A stretch of DNA of 64,000 nucleotides, from contig CALJZZ010000122.1 of NCBI GenBank assembly GCA_937983425.1, forward strand, positions 99,285 through 163,284, written 5' to 3'. A model generated the notes under the pieces. It ran no database searches. It was not told where the DNA came from and saw nothing but the letters and a program-made list of their open reading frames with translations. The stretch is from an uncultured Verrucomicrobiaceae bacterium (GTDB lineage: Bacteria; Verrucomicrobiota; Verrucomicrobiia; Verrucomicrobiales; Verrucomicrobiaceae). A program made the position numbers and the translations under genes. Shown one piece after another: positions 8,160-17,310 of the stretch (position 1 is the first letter of the stretch; the number at the start of each line of letters is the position of its first letter).

Positions 8160-10343
8160 TCACACCTCCCCGCGCGCGAGCTTCTCGCAGCTTTGCACGT
8201 CGAGCTTGCCGGAGGAGAGGATGGGGATGTCGCTGACGCGGATCATTTTCTTCGGGATCCACAATGGCGGCAGGCCCTTCTCCAGGAGGCGGTAGCGCAG
8301 ATCGAGTATCTCCTGGTTCTCCGGGCCGCCGGTCATGGCCGAGATGAGGATGAGCGCCTCGCCCTTCTCGGGGTCGGGCACGCCGACGACGGCGATCTTG
8401 CGCGCGGACTCGTTCTCCAGGCCCATGGCCTTGATGATGGCCTCCTCCACGGTCTCGTGCGGCACCATCTCGCCGCCGATCTTGGAGAAGCGGCTGAGCC
8501 GGCCCTCGATGTAAAGGAAGCCGTCCAGGTCGAGGCGGCCGATGTCGCCCGTGCGGAACCAGCCGTCCTCGTCCTTGACATCGGCGGTGCGCTTGGGGTC
8601 GTTGTGGTAGCCGTGGAAGACGTTGGCGCCTTTGAACCAGATCATGCCGCTCTGGTGGACGGAGAGGCGGCGCCCGCCCTCCGGCTCGGTGATGCGCACG
8701 GCCAGGCCGGGCAGGAGCTGGCCGACGCTGCCGGGCCGGTGCGCGGGCAGCCAGGCGTGGCCCTCCTCGGCGAGGGGCACGGGGTCGGGCAGGTTGACGT
8801 TGGAGACCGGGGAGGTCTCGGTCAGGCCGTAGCCCTCATAGACGCGCTTGCCGAAGCGCGCCTCAAAGGCCTCCGCCACGGTGGCGGGCAGCTTTTCCGC
8901 TCCGGTGACCACCATTTTGAGGCTGGTGAGCGACTCGCGCGGCACGCCGCGCAGCCAGCCGCGCAGAAAGGTGGGCGTGGCCAGCATGACGCTGACGCTG
9001 TGCTTCTCCACCAGCTCCGCCAGCCTCTTCGTCTCCAGCGGGCTGGGGTAGGTGACGAGGTCCACGCCGGCGATGACGGGATACCACAGCGTGACCGTGC
9101 AGCCGAAGCTGTGGAAAAGAGGCAGGCTGCCGAGAATGGCGTCGTCCGACTTGAGGCCCAGCCGCGAGCCGAACTGGATGACGTTGGCCATGATGTTGCG
9201 GTGGGTGAGCACCACGCCCTTGGGGTTGCCGGAGCTGCCGCTGGTGAAAAGCAGCAGCGCCTCCCTGTCACCGCCATGCCTGGGCACGCCGAGCAGCGCG
9301 GCCAGGAGGGACGCGGGCAGCAGCTTGGAGAGCGCCAGCCAGAGGCCGATCTTTGTTTTCATCCGCGGCAGCAGGCGCTCCACGAGGATGAGCTGGCGCG
9401 TCGGCGGCCAGGGGAAGGTCTGCATCTTGCGCACCACGGGATCGGCGGTGACGAGGCGGTCGAGGCCGGAGGCCTTCATCGCGAACTCGATGGCCGCCCG
9501 CCCGGCGGTGAAGTTGAGGTTCACCGGGATTTTGCCCGCCAGCAGCACCGCCACGTTGGCGATGAGGCCGCCCAGTCCGGGCGGCAGCACGATGCCGACA
9601 CGCTCCCTGGCGGTCTCGCTTTTGATCACCCTGGAGAGCGCGATGGCGGCGGCGAAGATGGTGTCGAAGCCCATCTCCTTGTCGTCCTTGCCGTCCACCA
9701 CCACATTGTTCCGCCCGTGGCGTTTGAAGCCCAGGATCAGCGCGTAGGCCAGGTGCAGCGGCAGTGCGGGGTGCGTTTCAAAAGCCTGCCGGCACAGCTC
9801 CAGCAGGCTCTCCTGGTAGGAGGCCAGCGTCACATCCTCCCCGGTGAGCAGCATGCCAAAGCTCATCACCACGGCGGTCTCGTCCGGGCGCGGGCCGATG
9901 TCCAGCGCCACCTCCCGCGGGTGCAGCACATGCAGCGGCAGCACGGGGCAGCCCGCCTTGAGCAGGAACTCCAGGCGCATGCCGGGGATGGTGCACAGCG
10001 GCGCGTTCAGGCAGGCCGCCTGCGCGGGCAGGAAGATGATGACCGCGTCCTGCGCGGTCTTCCCGGCCACGGCCTTGCGCAGCGCGGCGGTGTCCGTCAG
10101 ATCCGGGGAGATGACCAGCACCTGCGCGCCCTCCCGCTCCAGATGCGCGCGCAGCATGGGGTGCAGGGCCGCGCCCTGCTCGCAGAGATAGACGATGTTC
10201 CGGCCCTCCAGCACCGCCTCAAGCCTCAGCACATCCAGGTAATCGAGCCGGGCCGGCAGGATGAGGTATCCGCCCGCTTGCGGAATGTTTTCCTTTCCCA
10301 GCAGGGTCAGGTGTTTGAGGGAGACGGGTTTTTCGTTCGGCAT
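8160..10343 (-). CDS. Aas-like fusion: degenerate PlsC-type acyltransferase domain + acyl-AMP/acyl-ACP synthetase (AMP-binding)
   Basis: AMP-binding motifs LLFTSGSSGNPKGVVLTHRN, YGLTETSP and TGDIG are present. The N-terminal ~280 aa is acyltransferase-like but reads PARLDYLD where HxxxxD is expected. The start is taken at ATG 10343 (MPNEKPV). Confidence 0.8.
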   Translation of the reverse strand: MPNEKPVSLKHLTLLGKENIPQAGGYLILPARLDYLDVLRLEAVLEGRNIVYLCEQGAALHPMLRAHLEREGAQVLVISPDLTDTAALRKAVAGKTAQDAVIIFLPAQAACLNAPLCTIPGMRLEFLLKAGCPVLPLHVLHPREVALDIGPRPDETAVVMSFGMLLTGEDVTLASYQESLLELCRQAFETHPALPLHLAYALILGFKRHGRNNVVVDGKDDKEMGFDTIFAAAIALSRVIKSETARERVGIVLPPGLGGLIANVAVLLAGKIPVNLNFTAGRAAIEFAMKASGLDRLVTADPVVRKMQTFPWPPTRQLILVERLLPRMKTKIGLWLALSKLLPASLLAALLGVPRHGGDREALLLFTSGSSGNPKGVVLTHRNIMANVIQFGSRLGLKSDDAILGSLPLFHSFGCTVTLWYPVIAGVDLVTYPSPLETKRLAELVEKHSVSVMLATPTFLRGWLRGVPRESLTSLKMVVTGAEKLPATVAEAFEARFGKRVYEGYGLTETSPVSNVNLPDPVPLAEEGHAWLPAHRPGSVGQLLPGLAVRITEPEGGRRLSVHQSGMIWFKGANVFHGYHNDPKRTADVKDEDGWFRTGDIGRLDLDGFLYIEGRLSRFSKIGGEMVPHETVEEAIIKAMGLENESARKIAVVGVPDPEKGEALILISAMTGGPENQEILDLRYRLLEKGLPPLWIPKKMIRVSDIPILSSGKLDVQSCEKLARGEV

Positions 10344-10679
10344 GGCGGCGGCGGGATGTGCGGGCACTAAGCGGCGGACTCCCCCCTTTTCCAGCGGGAA
10401 AACGGCGCGGCCATCCCGGTCGGATGGTTTTTCACCGGCTTGACCCCGCGACCACCCTGCGCGCCATGCCGCCGCTCGCCACTCAAACTTCGCCGGAAAG
10501 TCCGGGCATATGCGCGATGTGGCGGTGGAAGGAGAGACGGCCCTCCTCATCGCAAAACCAGACATCCTCAGTGCTGCGCGCAAAGGAGTTCTCCCGGATA
10601 GGGAGCAAGGCCATGCAATTCAGACAATCCGGGCAAGAGCGCCTCTGACGGTAAACTGCACTTTTGAACACAAAACGAA

Positions 10680-10872
10680 GGCCGTTTGGCGCTGGTTCCG
10701 CGGGCGGAACTCCAAACGGCGGCCGTTTGGCGCTGATTCCGCGGGAGGAACTCCAAACGACGGCCGTTTGGCGCTAATTCCGCGGGAGGAACTCCAAACG
10801 ACGGCCGTTTGGCGCTGATTCCGCGGGAGGAACTCCAAACGACGGCCGTATGGCGCTGATTCCGCGGGAGGA
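10680..10872. repeat. tandem array, 4.7 copies of a 41-bp unit GGCCGTTTGGCGCTGATTCCGCGGGAGGAACTCCAAACGAC
   Basis: Units at 10680, 10721, 10762 and 10803 (each 41 nt) plus a partial unit at 10844-10872. Each unit carries the inverted repeats CCGTTTGG/CCAAACGG and TTCC/GGAA. The array is intergenic. Confidence 0.95.
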
Positions 10873-10944
10873 GGACGAAAAAGGCGGGGTTTGGCCTAAA
10901 AAACGGGTCATCTGACCTGAATGGCAAGAAAATGCAGCTTTGCG

Positions 10945-11400
10945 TCAAGCAAGCACTTTATACTGAAGGTCATCACCTTTTGTGAATTGGATGCCCCAGG
11001 TGCCGGGCATCACGCGCGCATCGCCCCTGCCCTCCGGGAGTTTTGCGGTGCCCTTCGTGAGGTGCCGCCAGTTCACCGCGTCATCGGAGGCCAGATAAAT
11101 CGTCGGCGCGCCCCAGCCGACTGGCACGACGAACACCCCGCCCGTGTAAGCGACCGCCTTCGTGGCCCACGGCCCGTGATCCGCGCCCGGCGCGGCAAAG
11201 AAGGACTGCGTCCACGTCTTGCCATCGTCCTTCGAAACGAGAATGCGCGCCCCATGCCCCACAACGACAAACGCTCCGGCCTTCGGGTTCGGTTTGAAGT
11301 CACCACCGAAAGGAATCGCCTCGCGAAGCCTCGCATCCTCCGGGGATTCATTGGCGGCGAAAGCGGTGACGGCGAGCAGGAGAGGAAGCAGCTTTTTCAT
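10945..11400 (-). CDS. small secreted BNR/Asp-box protein
   Basis: Signal peptide MKKLLPLLLAVTAFAA from ATG 11400. One Asp-box is present, SKDDGKTW. Confidence 0.6.
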   Translation of the reverse strand: MKKLLPLLLAVTAFAANESPEDARLREAIPFGGDFKPNPKAGAFVVVGHGARILVSKDDGKTWTQSFFAAPGADHGPWATKAVAYTGGVFVVPVGWGAPTIYLASDDAVNWRHLTKGTAKLPEGRGDARVMPGTWGIQFTKGDDLQYKVLA

Positions 11401-11540
11401 GGTGGAGGCTGGAACGAGCGGGCCAAAGCGGGTCTGACAGGGGACTGGTGGCGCAAGGACGGACTTTTGATGCTCCAGCACCTACGGCGGGCCTGCATCT
11501 CGCTGCTTGAGACGGTCCTGGCATGGACGTAGGATGCCGC

Positions 11541-11759
11541 ATGAACACCGAACCTCCAGCCACAACCAGCCAGCCCGTCTCCGCCGAGGTGGCGGAAATG
11601 GCGCGCCAGGCGGTGCGGGACTTTCATGAGTGCTTTTGGTGGTGGAACCCCGACTTCACTCCGCAGACCGTGGAGGAGGTGCGCGAGGTGGTGCTGAATC
11701 TCCGCAAAGGGGGCCACCGTGCCTGGCAGCGGGCTCAGGAACTCAACTCATGCCTTTAA
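11541..11759 (+). CDS. small Trp-rich protein, candidate partner/antitoxin of the downstream nucleotidyltransferase
   Basis: MNTEPP...RDFHECFWWWNPDFTPQTVEEVREVVLNLRKGGHRAWQRAQEL. The stop at 11757-11759 overlaps the next start (11750) by 10 nt. An alternative start is at 11523. Confidence 0.5.
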   Translation: MNTEPPATTSQPVSAEVAEMARQAVRDFHECFWWWNPDFTPQTVEEVREVVLNLRKGGHRAWQRAQELNSCL

Positions 11760-12553
11760 CGACTCTCCAGAAACAAGTGCTGCGCGTTTTGGCGGCGAAT
11801 CGCAGTGAAGAGAGCCATTTCGCCGGCGGTCTGGTGCTCAACTCGGCGGATGATTCGCCGCGCTTCAGCCATGACTTCGACATTTTTCATGAGGCGGAGT
11901 CCGAGGTGGCGCGTGCCAGCGATCTGGATGTCGCAGCTTTGCGGGCGGCTGGTTATGCGGTGGAGCACGCGGTTGGTGATTGGGCGGCCCACACGAGTTT
12001 TCGCAAAGCGCGTCTGACGCATGAGGGCGAGGCACTGGAGATCGACTGGGCGGCGGACTCAGCCTTTCGTTTCTTCCCGATTCAAAGAGATGATGTGCTC
12101 GGCTGGCGGCTGCACCTCTTTGACATGGCCGCCAACAAGGCGCTGGCGCTGGCGGCACGCTCGGTGACTCGCGACTATGTGGACATCGTGGAACTGGACC
12201 GCACCTATCCGCTGGAGGCGGTGATTTGGGCCGCCTGCGGAAAGGATGAGGGCTTCAGCCCCATGCTGCTGCTGGAGATGATGCGGCGCTTTGCCCGGAT
12301 CAATCCACGCCAGCTTGAAACCATCCAGGCCCGTCAGCTCGATCCCATCGTCTTGAAAAAGGCGTGGATCGCGATGTCAGACCGGGCGGAGGCGGAGATC
12401 ACCCGGCTGGCGGACACGAGGCCGGAGGTTCCCATCGGGGTGGCTTTTGTGAATGCGCGGGGCGAGCCGGGTTGGATCGGCAGTGATCCCAGCCTGCGCA
12501 TTCATCGGCCTTCTGTGCGCGGCTGCCTGCCGGTGGTGCAAGGTGTCGAGTGA
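11750..12553 (+). CDS. nucleotidyltransferase, AbiEii/AbiGii toxin-like (DUF1814-type)
   Basis: Begins MPLTTLQKQVLRVLAAN. The minimal NTase motif is FAGGLVLNSADDSPRFSHDFDIFH (GG...DxD). Size (267 aa) and layout fit type IV TA toxins. Confidence 0.65.
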   Translation: MPLTTLQKQVLRVLAANRSEESHFAGGLVLNSADDSPRFSHDFDIFHEAESEVARASDLDVAALRAAGYAVEHAVGDWAAHTSFRKARLTHEGEALEIDWAADSAFRFFPIQRDDVLGWRLHLFDMAANKALALAARSVTRDYVDIVELDRTYPLEAVIWAACGKDEGFSPMLLLEMMRRFARINPRQLETIQARQLDPIVLKKAWIAMSDRAEAEITRLADTRPEVPIGVAFVNARGEPGWIGSDPSLRIHRPSVRGCLPVVQGVE

Positions 12554-12919
12554 TGCCGCTGGAGGTTGCTCCGTGTCGCTGTGGCGAACTGAAGCCGATT
12601 GGACCAACCCCAGAGACACAGAGCACACAGAGAGCCCCCGGTGTGTGTGCCGCTGCCGGACCCGCGTTTGGTTTGGGGATTGTAGTCGCGGATGTCGTTG
12701 CAGCAGCGCACGAGCTTCCAGCGGCCATCGCGCACGGCTTCGTTGCCAAGGCGCTCCCGGAAGAGGGTTTCGTTCGCGGCGTGGTGGAGAAAGGCGCGGC
12801 GGTTCATGGTGGTGCAGTTAAGACGAACCGCAGCATCTAGGTCTGACATTCGGCCTTCCAGCTTGCAGCCCTGGGCCGGGGCAAACTGACGTTTGCCTCT
12901 ACGGGGCGCCGGGACGCAT

Positions 12920-13005
12920 GTAGAGGAAGACGTGAGTCTTCCCCTCAATGGTAGAGGAAGACGTGAGTCTTCCTCTCAATGGTAGAGGAAGACGTGAGTC
13001 TTCCC
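12920..13005. repeat. 2.8 tandem copies of a 31-bp unit, each containing hairpin GGAAGAC-GTGA-GTCTTCC
   Basis: Units at 12920-12950 and 12951-12981, plus a partial unit at 12982-13005. The array lies 50 nt beyond the stop of the 13055-16528 gene. Confidence 0.9.
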
Positions 13006-13054
13006 GGATCGGACGCGCGGGGAGAGTCGCGAGCGCGAAGCTGGCGCTCTGGCC

Positions 13055-16000
13055 TCACTTCCCGCCAAGGAAGGCCAGAAGATCGCTCATCTGCTCCGGG
13101 GTGATGGCGGCTTCGAGGCCGTCGGGCATGAGGGTGCGATCCAGGCTTTTGAGGGTCTTGATGGCGCTGCGCGGGAGGGTCTCGGTGGCGCCGCCCATCA
13201 TGGCGAGCACGATGGCGTCGGTGTTCTCGTTTTGGATGAGGCCGCTGAGGGTGCGGCCGTCCTTGGTTTCAACGAGGTAGGCGCTCCAGCGCGCCTCGAA
13301 CATGCGGTTGGGGTCGAGGATGTCGCTGAGCAGGGCCTCGGGGGGCTTCACCTTCACATCCGAGAGCGGCGGGCCGACATCCACGCCGAGGTCGCCATGC
13401 TTGTGGCAGGTGATGCAGACGCTGGCAAAGACGGCGCGGCCTTTTTCGGAGTCGCCCTTCAGGGTGGTGGCGGCCATGTATTTTTTCACCACGGCGGCGC
13501 GGTCGCTGCTGGCCTCGCCGAAGAGTTTTTTGGCGAGGTCGGCCATCTCGCCCTTGCCGCGCTGGTAGCGCCAGCGGGTCTCGACATCCACCCAGGCGGT
13601 GGGGAACTCGCCCTGGTCCATGCGCTTGAACAAGGCGAGCGCGGTGGTGGCGTTGCCGGTGAGGATGGGCACGAGGTCGCGCTTCAAGGCGGGGCCGGCA
13701 GTCGGCAGCAGCTCATAGATGAGCGGGGCGGTGCTGGTGGCGCTGAACTTTTTCAAAAGCGCCACCGTGGCGGTGGTCAGCTCCTGCGGCTGCGCGGTGG
13801 TGAGCAGACTCTTCACCACGGTCTGCACGGCATCCCATTTGCGCGAGGCGAGCAAAGGCAGCACGGCGAGGCGTTGATCGAGCGGGGCTTTCGAGTCGGC
13901 GATGATGGTGTCTATCTGGGACTGGAGGGAGGCGATTTCTTTGGCGATGCTCTGAAATTCAGCGAGTTCAAGATCAAGCATGCCACGACTGCTGGCTTCC
14001 AGGTCTGGTGTCGGAAGCGCCATGAACGCACTGAGTGATTTAGGCTCCACGTTGTAACCTTTGGCGAAACCATCTATCACGCCTTGCAGCAAGGGAGCTT
14101 TCCACCAAAGAAGCTCAGCTTTGTCTAGTTCGAGGCATCTGAGGCATTCAGCCACGTCAGAGGGGTCGCCCGAGACGATGGCGCCCGCCGCAAATGCCCG
14201 GATGGTGGCGGACCGGGCCGGGGAGAAGCGGCTGGTGAAATTGGGAGACTGCAAGACCGCCTTCAACACACGACCTTCCGTATATTCGGAGGAAGATAAA
14301 ACCGCTTTCGAAAGCCACTCGTCCTCGGGATGATCGGCGATGCATTTGGCGCGGAAGCTGATTTCCTCCGGCTTGCTGACCTGGCCTTCATCGTGCTTCT
14401 GCAAAATGCGGAAAAGGAGCGCGCGCTCTTTGTGCTCGGCAGGCTGCTCTCCCCAGCCGGCTTCGGGGATGGCGTGGTAGCGGCCGGGGTGCTTGGCGGC
14501 GAGGGTTTTTGTGCCTTTGGGCACGATGCGCCAGATGCGGCCCTGGTGCTCGCCCTGGCGCATGTCGTTGGCTTTGACGAAGTCCTCGGGAAAAAAGCGG
14601 GCGTGGTCAATCCAGCGGCGGTAGATGTCGCAGACATAGATCGCGCCGTCGGGGCCGGTGGTGAAGTTCACGGGGCGGCTCCATTCGTCGCCGCTGCGGA
14701 AGAACTCGGTGCGCTCGCCGACGCGGGTGGCTTTGAGGGAAGCGCCGTTGGGCTCGATCTTGTAACGGGTGACGAGCTGGCCTGTGGGGTCGGGCACGAA
14801 GACGTTGTTGCGCAGCTCGGGCATGAGATCGCCACGATAGACGCCCAGGCCGGAACAAGCGGTGTTTGTGCCGGCATGGGCGTCCGCGGTGGTGTGGGTG
14901 ATCTTCAGCGGGAAGACGCGCGTGTCGGCTCCGGGCGGGGCGATGTCCTCATGCACCTGGGTGATGCCGGCGTGCGGGTTGCGCCGCATGACCTCGTAGG
15001 GCATGACGGTGAACATGAGCGGGTTGCGGTTCGAGCAGTAGAAATGATGGCCGTAGTCGTCGAAAGCGCCGCCGTATTGGCCCTTGCCACCGGTGGGGGT
15101 GATCTCGCCCGTCTTGGGGTTCCATTTGAAGTTGGCGCCGGGCACACCGACGACCTTGTCGGGCGCGTCGGCGGGATAGATTTCCTTGGCGTCGAGGCCG
15201 TTGTTGAAATGCACGCAGCCGTCCGGCCCCCAGCGCGGGGCGCTGACCTGGAGCTGGCTGTGGCGAGGGTTGAAGCCCTTGATGAGCGGGCGGTTCACGT
15301 CGGCCTTGCCGTCGCCATCGGTGTCTTTGAGAAAGAGAATCTGGGTGCGGGTGGTGGCGATGAGACCGCCATCGTAGGGCAGCAGGCCCTGCACGTTGTC
15401 GAGGTTGTCGGCAAAGACGATGCTCTTGTCCATGAGGCCATCGCCGTTCTCATCCATGAGCTGGGAGATGCGGGACATCCACGGATCACCTGCCTTCGGG
15501 GGACCGAGCGGGTAATCGCGCATTTCAGCGACGAAAAGGCGGCCTTTATCATCCCAGGTGACTTCCACAGGATCGAGCACGAGCGGCTCGGCGGCGACGA
15601 GCTGCGCCTCATAGGGACCGTCGAGCTGGATCTGCGCGAGCGATTCCTCGGGCGTGAGGGCTTTCTCCTGCCCATGGCGCACGCTGATGTCGCTGCCGCC
15701 GCTGGCCTGGATGGCGGACCATTTTTCCGTGAAGCCGCCGAGCGGATGCAGCTCGTAGCGGCGCACGATCATCTCCGCGCCCTCGGTCTGGATGCAGATG
15801 CGACCCTCGGCGGGTTTGCAGTCGAAGGCTTCGTTCACGAGGCGGCCATTGACGAAGTATTGCAGGGTATCGCCCTTGGCGATGACCTCCATGCGGTTCC
15901 ACTCGCCCACGGGGGAGTCGGGATCATCGGGGTGGCGGATGTTGAGTTTATCGGCCCAGTCCTCGTGGCGTTTTTCCCAGTTGATGCGGCCTTTGGTGAC

Positions 16001-16528
16001 GACCTGACGCGGCGCGCCGTTTTTCCAGCGCTTCTCCTTGTCGCGGTCCAGCTCAATCTCGGCGGTGACGCTGGTGATGAGTTCGGTGCCATCGGCGAGC
16101 TTGGGGGAAAGCACGAGGATGTCGCCAATACCGCCCTCGATGATCTGCGCCTCGATACTGGCCATCCAGGTGTTTCCATAAGCGCCGTGCGGGCCGTAGG
16201 AATGGACGAGGATGCCGTTGTCGCGCGAGCGGTCGGCGCGCTTGCCCCAGGTCTTCGGGCCCCATTTGAAGTCCACGACGAGGTGGTAGTCCTTGTAGCT
16301 CTCCTTGGTGACCATGTAGCCGTAGCCGCGGCCGCTGATGTTGAGTTCCTCGCCTTTGATCTGGAAGATCTCGTTCGGCGGGTCGGCGAAGTCCTGGTCG
16401 GGATTGATGTGGTATTCCACCCCGCCCTTTTTCATGAGGTCGAGGATGTTGATCTTCTCGGTGACCGGCGTGGCGGACCAGGCGCGGGAGAGAAGCAGGG
16501 GGACGAGCAGCAGGGTGGTCAGTCTCAT
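13055..16528 (-). CDS. PVC-type heme-binding CxxCH 'membrane-bound dehydrogenase' multidomain protein (DUF1080 + beta-propeller + HEAT + cytochrome c)
   Basis: Signal peptide MRLTTLLLVPLLLSRAWS from ATG 16528. Also present: an N-terminal DUF1080-like region, the propeller segments DKGRLFVAEMRDYP and DGAIYVCDIYRRW, and the C-terminal heme motif CITCHKHG. Confidence 0.8.
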   Translation of the reverse strand: MRLTTLLLVPLLLSRAWSATPVTEKINILDLMKKGGVEYHINPDQDFADPPNEIFQIKGEELNISGRGYGYMVTKESYKDYHLVVDFKWGPKTWGKRADRSRDNGILVHSYGPHGAYGNTWMASIEAQIIEGGIGDILVLSPKLADGTELITSVTAEIELDRDKEKRWKNGAPRQVVTKGRINWEKRHEDWADKLNIRHPDDPDSPVGEWNRMEVIAKGDTLQYFVNGRLVNEAFDCKPAEGRICIQTEGAEMIVRRYELHPLGGFTEKWSAIQASGGSDISVRHGQEKALTPEESLAQIQLDGPYEAQLVAAEPLVLDPVEVTWDDKGRLFVAEMRDYPLGPPKAGDPWMSRISQLMDENGDGLMDKSIVFADNLDNVQGLLPYDGGLIATTRTQILFLKDTDGDGKADVNRPLIKGFNPRHSQLQVSAPRWGPDGCVHFNNGLDAKEIYPADAPDKVVGVPGANFKWNPKTGEITPTGGKGQYGGAFDDYGHHFYCSNRNPLMFTVMPYEVMRRNPHAGITQVHEDIAPPGADTRVFPLKITHTTADAHAGTNTACSGLGVYRGDLMPELRNNVFVPDPTGQLVTRYKIEPNGASLKATRVGERTEFFRSGDEWSRPVNFTTGPDGAIYVCDIYRRWIDHARFFPEDFVKANDMRQGEHQGRIWRIVPKGTKTLAAKHPGRYHAIPEAGWGEQPAEHKERALLFRILQKHDEGQVSKPEEISFRAKCIADHPEDEWLSKAVLSSSEYTEGRVLKAVLQSPNFTSRFSPARSATIRAFAAGAIVSGDPSDVAECLRCLELDKAELLWWKAPLLQGVIDGFAKGYNVEPKSLSAFMALPTPDLEASSRGMLDLELAEFQSIAKEIASLQSQIDTIIADSKAPLDQRLAVLPLLASRKWDAVQTVVKSLLTTAQPQELTTATVALLKKFSATSTAPLIYELLPTAGPALKRDLVPILTGNATTALALFKRMDQGEFPTAWVDVETRWRYQRGKGEMADLAKKLFGEASSDRAAVVKKYMAATTLKGDSEKGRAVFASVCITCHKHGDLGVDVGPPLSDVKVKPPEALLSDILDPNRMFEARWSAYLVETKDGRTLSGLIQNENTDAIVLAMMGGATETLPRSAIKTLKSLDRTLMPDGLEAAITPEQMSDLLAFLGGK

Positions 16529-16627
16529 GGGGGGAGGATTACGGGATGCCGCCCGATTTTTTACGCCCAAGCGCCGCCGGTTTGGCACCGGTGATGATGC
16601 TTTTGTGATGCCGCCGTGTTTCAACGG

Positions 16628-17293
16628 CTATGCGCTGATCCCGGCGCGGGCGAGCCAGGCATGGAAGTCGCGCTCGAAGGCGGCGTGGCGCGCGGGCTGA
16701 TAATGGTGGGTGTGGAAGCCGAGACGCGCGGCGGTGGCGATGTTTGGTTCGAGGTCGTCCACAAAAAAAGTCAGCGCGGGATCAAGGCCGAGCTGCGCGA
16801 TGGTTTTGCGGAAGATTTCCTCGCCGGGCTTGCTGCACCGGGCGGAGTAGGAATAGACGCCGCCGCCGAAGGGCAGGAAGATGCCGAACGCGCTCAGCAG
16901 GTGCTCCTTGTGCAGGCCGCTGGTGTTGGAGAGCAGGCGCATGGGCAGGCGGCCGGCCAGCGGCTCGAGAGTGCGGCGCATGGCGGTGTTTTCGGTGAAG
17001 ATGTCGCACCAAATCTCTGCGAACTCAGCCTCGCTGCCCTGAAACTGTAGCGCGGCGACGGCCTCGCGGAGGAAGGTGGCATCGTCCATGTCGCCATTTT
17101 CGAAAGGGCCTTTGATGTGGTCGAGCCGCGCGGAGAGCGCCTCCTCCGGGAAGGGGCTGCGCCCGGCCACGCGCCGGGCGGCAATGCCGAAGTCAAAGAA
17201 GGCGAGGACGTTGCCTATGTCGCTGAGAAGGACTGGCTGGGGAGCGGTGGAGGATTGCAAACTGGAGAGTTGAATCAGGGTTCCGTGTTCCAA
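16628..17293 (-). CDS. HAD-IA family phosphatase (YihX-like)
   Basis: Motif I reads LLSDIGNVL (compare FDLGNV in YihX, recalled). The C-terminal motif is FFVDDLEPNIATAARLG. Confidence 0.7.
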   Translation of the reverse strand: MEHGTLIQLSSLQSSTAPQPVLLSDIGNVLAFFDFGIAARRVAGRSPFPEEALSARLDHIKGPFENGDMDDATFLREAVAALQFQGSEAEFAEIWCDIFTENTAMRRTLEPLAGRLPMRLLSNTSGLHKEHLLSAFGIFLPFGGGVYSYSARCSKPGEEIFRKTIAQLGLDPALTFFVDDLEPNIATAARLGFHTHHYQPARHAAFERDFHAWLARAGISA

Positions 17294-17310
17294 CGCCGGC
17301 CAGGTGCCGC

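Noticed and set aside
8112-10370. 752-aa plus-strand ORF
   Set aside because: It is exactly antisense to the AMP-ligase gene, which carries clear motifs. Its Ala/Gly/Arg/His-rich composition is typical of a high-GC shadow frame.
10510-10948. Possible CRISPR array, or three overlapping ORFs (10510-10818 +, 10568-10948 -, 10620-10838 -)
   Set aside because: The 41-bp units abut directly with no unique spacers, so this is a plain tandem repeat. The ORFs only re-translate the repeat (periodic PRNQRQTAVVWSSSRGISAKRPSFGVPPAE).
14330-16594. 754-aa plus-strand ORF, together with 13232-14038 (+)
   Set aside because: Both are antisense to the PVC-type dehydrogenase gene. They are low-complexity (G/A/V/D-rich) with no motifs.
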